A stretch of DNA of 64,000 nt, taken from assembly GCA_034521815.1 (NCBI GenBank), contig JAXHLW010000001.1, positions 64,001 to 128,000 on the forward strand, in the 5' to 3' direction. Below the pieces are notes generated by a model. The model did no database searches. It was not told where the DNA came from and was given only the letters and a program-made list of their open reading frames with translations. Shown in pieces: positions 60,584 to 64,000 of this stretch (its first letter is position 1; the number at the start of each line of letters is the position of its first letter). Origin of the DNA: Trueperaceae bacterium. Lineage in GTDB: Bacteria; Deinococcota; Deinococci; Deinococcales; Trueperaceae. The position numbers and the translations under genes were made by a program.

Positions 60584-63427
60584 GTGAAGACCTTCTACCT
60601 TCTCGACGGCCACGCTCAGATCTTCCGTGCCTACTACGCGCCGTTCCGGGAGCTCACCACGCCCGACGGGCGCAACGTCAAGGCCGCCTACGTGTTCACC
60701 CAGCTCGTCGTCAGCCTGCTGAACAAGGATCCCGACTTCTTCGCCGTCGCGTTCGACGTCAGCGACGAGACGACGTTCCGCAAGGACGAGTTCGACGCGT
60801 ACAAGGAGCATCGCGACAAGGCGCCCGAGGATCTCGGCACCCAGATGGTCATGGTGCGCGAGATCCTGGACCGGATGGGCGTCGTCACGCTGGAGCGCGA
60901 GGGGTTCGAGGCGGACGACCTGATCGCCACCATCGCCGCGGGGCTGCCGGACGACGTCGAGATGCGCATCGTCAGCAAGGACAAGGACCTGCACCAGATC
61001 TTGAACGACCGCGTCGCTCTGTACGACCCGAAGGACGGCTCGCTGCTTCGCGGCCCCGACCTGCTCGAGGCCAAGGGCTACACGCCCGAGCAGGCGGTCG
61101 AGGTCCAGACGCTGGTCGGCGACCCGACCGACAACATCCCCGGCGTCCCCGGCATCGGCGTCAAGACCGCCGCCAAGCTGATCCACCAGTACGGCACCGC
61201 CGACGCGGTGCTGGAGCACGCCGACGAGCAGACGCCCAAGCGCCGCGAGAACCTGCTGGCCTCGGCGCAGCTGCTGCCGGTGACGCGTCGGCTGGTGACG
61301 CTCCGCGACGACGTGCCGCTGAGTTTCGAGCTCGAGGCGTGCCGCACGCCGCGGCCGCGGCGCGACGACGTCCAGGACGTGTTCGAGGCGTTGGGCTTCC
61401 GGACGCTCCTGGAGCAGCTGGCCGGATCGGACGCGACCCGCCGGTCGTCCGGCAGCGCGTCCGGCAGCGCGTCCGGCAGCGCGTCCGGTAGCGCGTCCGG
61501 TAGCGCCTCGAGCAGCGCGTCCGGGTCTGCGGACGGTGGGCTGTTCCCCTCAGAGGGCGGTGCAGAGGGCGGTGACGAGCCCCACGACGCTCCGCAGGCG
61601 GAGCACCTGCGCGACGCCGACTACCGCGTGGTCACCGAGCTGGCCGAGCTCGAGGCGCTGGTCCAGAGCGTCGACGGGGCGCCCGCGGTCGCGATCGACA
61701 CCGAGACCACCAGCCTGCGCGCGCACGACGCGGAGATGATCGGGATCTCGCTGGCGATCCGACCGGGCGCAGCCTGGTACGTCCCGGTGCGCTGCCACGA
61801 GCGTGAGGTGCTCGCCACCGACACGGTCCTGAAGGCGCTCGCGCCGCTGCTCGAGAGCGAGCGGGTCGTCAAGGTCGGCCAGAACCTGAAGTACGACCTG
61901 CAGGTGCTCTGGAACGCGGGGGCCCGGGTCGAGGGTCCGATCTTCGACACCATGATCGTTGCCGCCCTGCTCCGGCCCGAGCGGCGCGGGAACGGCCTGG
62001 ACGCCCTCGCCAAGGACCTGCTGGGGATCGACCTGATCCCGACGTCGGAGCTGATCGGCAAGGGCAAGAACCAGAAGACGATGCTGGACGTGCCGTTGGA
62101 CCGTCTCGCCGAGTACGCCGCCGAGGACGCCGACGCCACCTGGCGTCTCTACCAGCTGCTTCGCGGCGAGCTGGACCAGGCGCCGGCCGATCTGCGGCGA
62201 CTGGCCGAAGAGGTCGAGCTCCCGCTGGTCCGCGTGCTGGCCCGGATGGAGGGACGCGGCGTCAAGCTGGATCTGGACCTGCTGGCCGAGACGGCGGAGC
62301 GCCTCGAGGCCCGCATCGCGCAGCTCCGCACCGAGATCCAGGTCGCGGCCGGTCGGGAGTTCAACCCCGACAGCCCGGCGCAGCTGGGCGAGGTGCTGTT
62401 CGACCACCTGGGCATGCGCGTCGTCAAGCGCACGAAGACCAGCCGCAGCACCGACGCCAGCGTGCTCGAGACGCTGGCCGCCGAGACCGAGCACCCGCTG
62501 CCGGCCCTGGTGCTCGAGTACCGCGAGCTGACCAAGCTGCTGGGCACGTACGTCGCGCCGCTGCCCGGCTACGTGAGCCCTCGCGACGGACGACTGCACG
62601 CCAGCTTCCACCAGGTCGGGGCCGCCACCGGCCGGCTATCGAGCTCGGATCCCAACATCCAGAACATCCCGGTCCGGACCGAGACCGGCCGCCTGATCCG
62701 GCGCGCGTTCACCGCCAGCGCGCCCGATAGGCGCCTGCTGACGGCCGACTACAGCCAGGTCGAGCTGCGGATGCTGGCCCACCTCTCGGGCGACGCCGAG
62801 ATGACGCGGGCGTTCGAGGCGGGGCTGGACATTCACGCCTTCGTGGCCAGTCAGGTGTACTCGATCGAGCTGGCCGAGGTCACGCCCGAGCAGCGCCGGG
62901 TCGCCAAGACCGTGAACTTCGGCATCGTGTACGGCCAGACCGCGTTCGGCCTGGCCCGCACGCTGCGCATCCCGCAGGGGGACGCCGCCGCGTTCATCGA
63001 GGCGTACAAGGAGCGGTACCGCGGGATCGACCGCTTCCTGGCCCAGTGCATCGCGTTCGCCGAGGAGCACGGCTACGTCGCCACGATCCTCGGGCGTCGC
63101 AGGCCGGTGTCCGAGATCCGGAGCCGCAACCGCAACATGCGCTCGCTGGGCGAGCGGCTCGCGATCAACACCGTCGTGCAGGGCAGCGCCGCCGACCTGA
63201 TCAAGCTCGCGATGCGCAACCTGGACGCGAGGCTGCGCGCTCCGGGCGCCCCCGACGCGCACATGATCATCCAGGTGCACGACGAGCTGGTGTTCGACGT
63301 CGCCGAGAAGGACGGCGAGGTCGCGAAGGAGGTCGTGCGCGACGAGATGATCGGCGCCATGAAGCTCGACGTGCCGCTGGCGGTCGACGCGGCGCTGGGT
63401 CGCGACTGGGCGTCGACCAAGGGCTGA
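60584..63427 (+). CDS. polA: DNA polymerase I
   Basis: KTFYLLDG, EADD, GDPTDNIPGVPGIG, exo motifs DTET/NLKYD/YAAEDAD, TGRLSSSDPNIQNIP, DYSQVELR, QVHDELV. Confidence 0.97.
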   Translation: MKTFYLLDGHAQIFRAYYAPFRELTTPDGRNVKAAYVFTQLVVSLLNKDPDFFAVAFDVSDETTFRKDEFDAYKEHRDKAPEDLGTQMVMVREILDRMGVVTLEREGFEADDLIATIAAGLPDDVEMRIVSKDKDLHQILNDRVALYDPKDGSLLRGPDLLEAKGYTPEQAVEVQTLVGDPTDNIPGVPGIGVKTAAKLIHQYGTADAVLEHADEQTPKRRENLLASAQLLPVTRRLVTLRDDVPLSFELEACRTPRPRRDDVQDVFEALGFRTLLEQLAGSDATRRSSGSASGSASGSASGSASGSASSSASGSADGGLFPSEGGAEGGDEPHDAPQAEHLRDADYRVVTELAELEALVQSVDGAPAVAIDTETTSLRAHDAEMIGISLAIRPGAAWYVPVRCHEREVLATDTVLKALAPLLESERVVKVGQNLKYDLQVLWNAGARVEGPIFDTMIVAALLRPERRGNGLDALAKDLLGIDLIPTSELIGKGKNQKTMLDVPLDRLAEYAAEDADATWRLYQLLRGELDQAPADLRRLAEEVELPLVRVLARMEGRGVKLDLDLLAETAERLEARIAQLRTEIQVAAGREFNPDSPAQLGEVLFDHLGMRVVKRTKTSRSTDASVLETLAAETEHPLPALVLEYRELTKLLGTYVAPLPGYVSPRDGRLHASFHQVGAATGRLSSSDPNIQNIPVRTETGRLIRRAFTASAPDRRLLTADYSQVELRMLAHLSGDAEMTRAFEAGLDIHAFVASQVYSIELAEVTPEQRRVAKTVNFGIVYGQTAFGLARTLRIPQGDAAAFIEAYKERYRGIDRFLAQCIAFAEEHGYVATILGRRRPVSEIRSRNRNMRSLGERLAINTVVQGSAADLIKLAMRNLDARLRAPGAPDAHMIIQVHDELVFDVAEKDGEVAKEVVRDEMIGAMKLDVPLAVDAALGRDWASTKG
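61447..61530 (+). repeat. 12-nt in-frame tandem repeat (SGSA)n, about 7 copies, in the polA linker
   Basis: gtccggcagcgc x3, gtccggtagcgc x2, plus two degenerate copies. Confidence 0.9.
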
Positions 63428-63488
63428 GGAGAGTAAAGCCCAGCGCGACCGGCTGCGCGAGACGATTCGAGCGAAAGGAGTCGCGAGC

Positions 63489-64000
63489 ATGTGCGGACGA
63501 TACGGACTGTTCCACGAGGCCGGCGAGATCGCCGAGGCGTTCGGCGCGGACATCGCGCGCCTCGATCCGCCCCTCTCGCCGCGCTACAACGTCGCGCCGA
63601 CGCAGCAGGCGGTCGTCATCGTGCCGTCCGGCGACGCAGGTCCGGTCGCGATCACCGCCCGCTGGGGCCTGATCCCGCACTGGGCCAAGGATCCGTCCTC
63701 GTTCAAGGCGACGCTCGTGAACGCTCGCTCCGAGACGGCGCACGAGAAGCCGTCGTTTCGCGACGCGATGAAGCGGGACCGCTGTCTGGTTCCCGCCAGC
63801 GGCTTCTACGAGTGGCACGCCGAGGAGCCGGGCGCCGCCAAGCAGCCGTACTGGATCCGCCGCCGGGACGGCCGGCCGATGGCGCTGGCCGGCCTGCACG
63901 CGCGCAACGAGCGAGCCGATCCCGCCGACAGCTTCACCATCCTGACGACCCGTCCCAACGCGCTGATGGAGCGTCTCCACGACCGGCAGCCGGTGATCGT
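63489..64000 (+). CDS. SOS response-associated peptidase (SRAP/YedK/HMCES), truncated by the window end
   Basis: Not in the ORF track. Reads MCGRY..., RYNVAPTQ, RWGLIPHW, NARSET, RCLVPASGFYEW; SD AAGGAG. Confidence 0.93.
   Translation, partial: MCGRYGLFHEAGEIAEAFGADIARLDPPLSPRYNVAPTQQAVVIVPSGDAGPVAITARWGLIPHWAKDPSSFKATLVNARSETAHEKPSFRDAMKRDRCLVPASGFYEWHAEEPGAAKQPYWIRRRDGRPMALAGLHARNERADPADSFTILTTRPNALMERLHDRQPVI

Overview
High-GC (roughly 70%) bacterial chromosomal window. By my recollection of the family, the UvrB sequence is Deinococcus-like. The split imuB-like/ImuB-C/dnaE2 cassette and many genes with a TANNNT -10 box 5-8 nt before the start codon also fit the phylum Deinococcota (inference). 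I see about 60 genes and no rRNA, tRNA, CRISPR array or transposase. Main blocks, left to right: (1) a truncated V/A-ATPase subunit-G/H-like gene at the left edge, then ppsA, an aldo-keto reductase, a deoxyhypusine-synthase-like gene, SulP-STAS-cNMP, a Gre-like gene, rhlE and a cold-shock gene; (2) a complete N-ATPase operon atpDCQRBEFAG with a Na+-type c subunit and a frameshifted atpR; (3) assorted metabolic and regulatory genes, including an OmpR/BaeS-type two-component system, msrC and a trans-3-hydroxyproline dehydratase/reductase pair; (4) a type III PKS-methyltransferase-FAD monooxygenase-UbiA prenyltransferase operon; (5) a DNA-damage-rich right half with imuB-like/ImuB-C/dnaE2 behind a palindromic operator, DUF2461 plus an SplB-like radical SAM gene, uvrB, a HerA-like ATPase, a proofreading-type polA and SRAP. 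The most unusual signals are tiny leaderless uORFs coupled by NTGA overlaps to downstream genes, the unassigned operator at the mutasome promoter, the prenylated-polyketide cluster, and an N-ATPase in a probable V/A-ATPase lineage.
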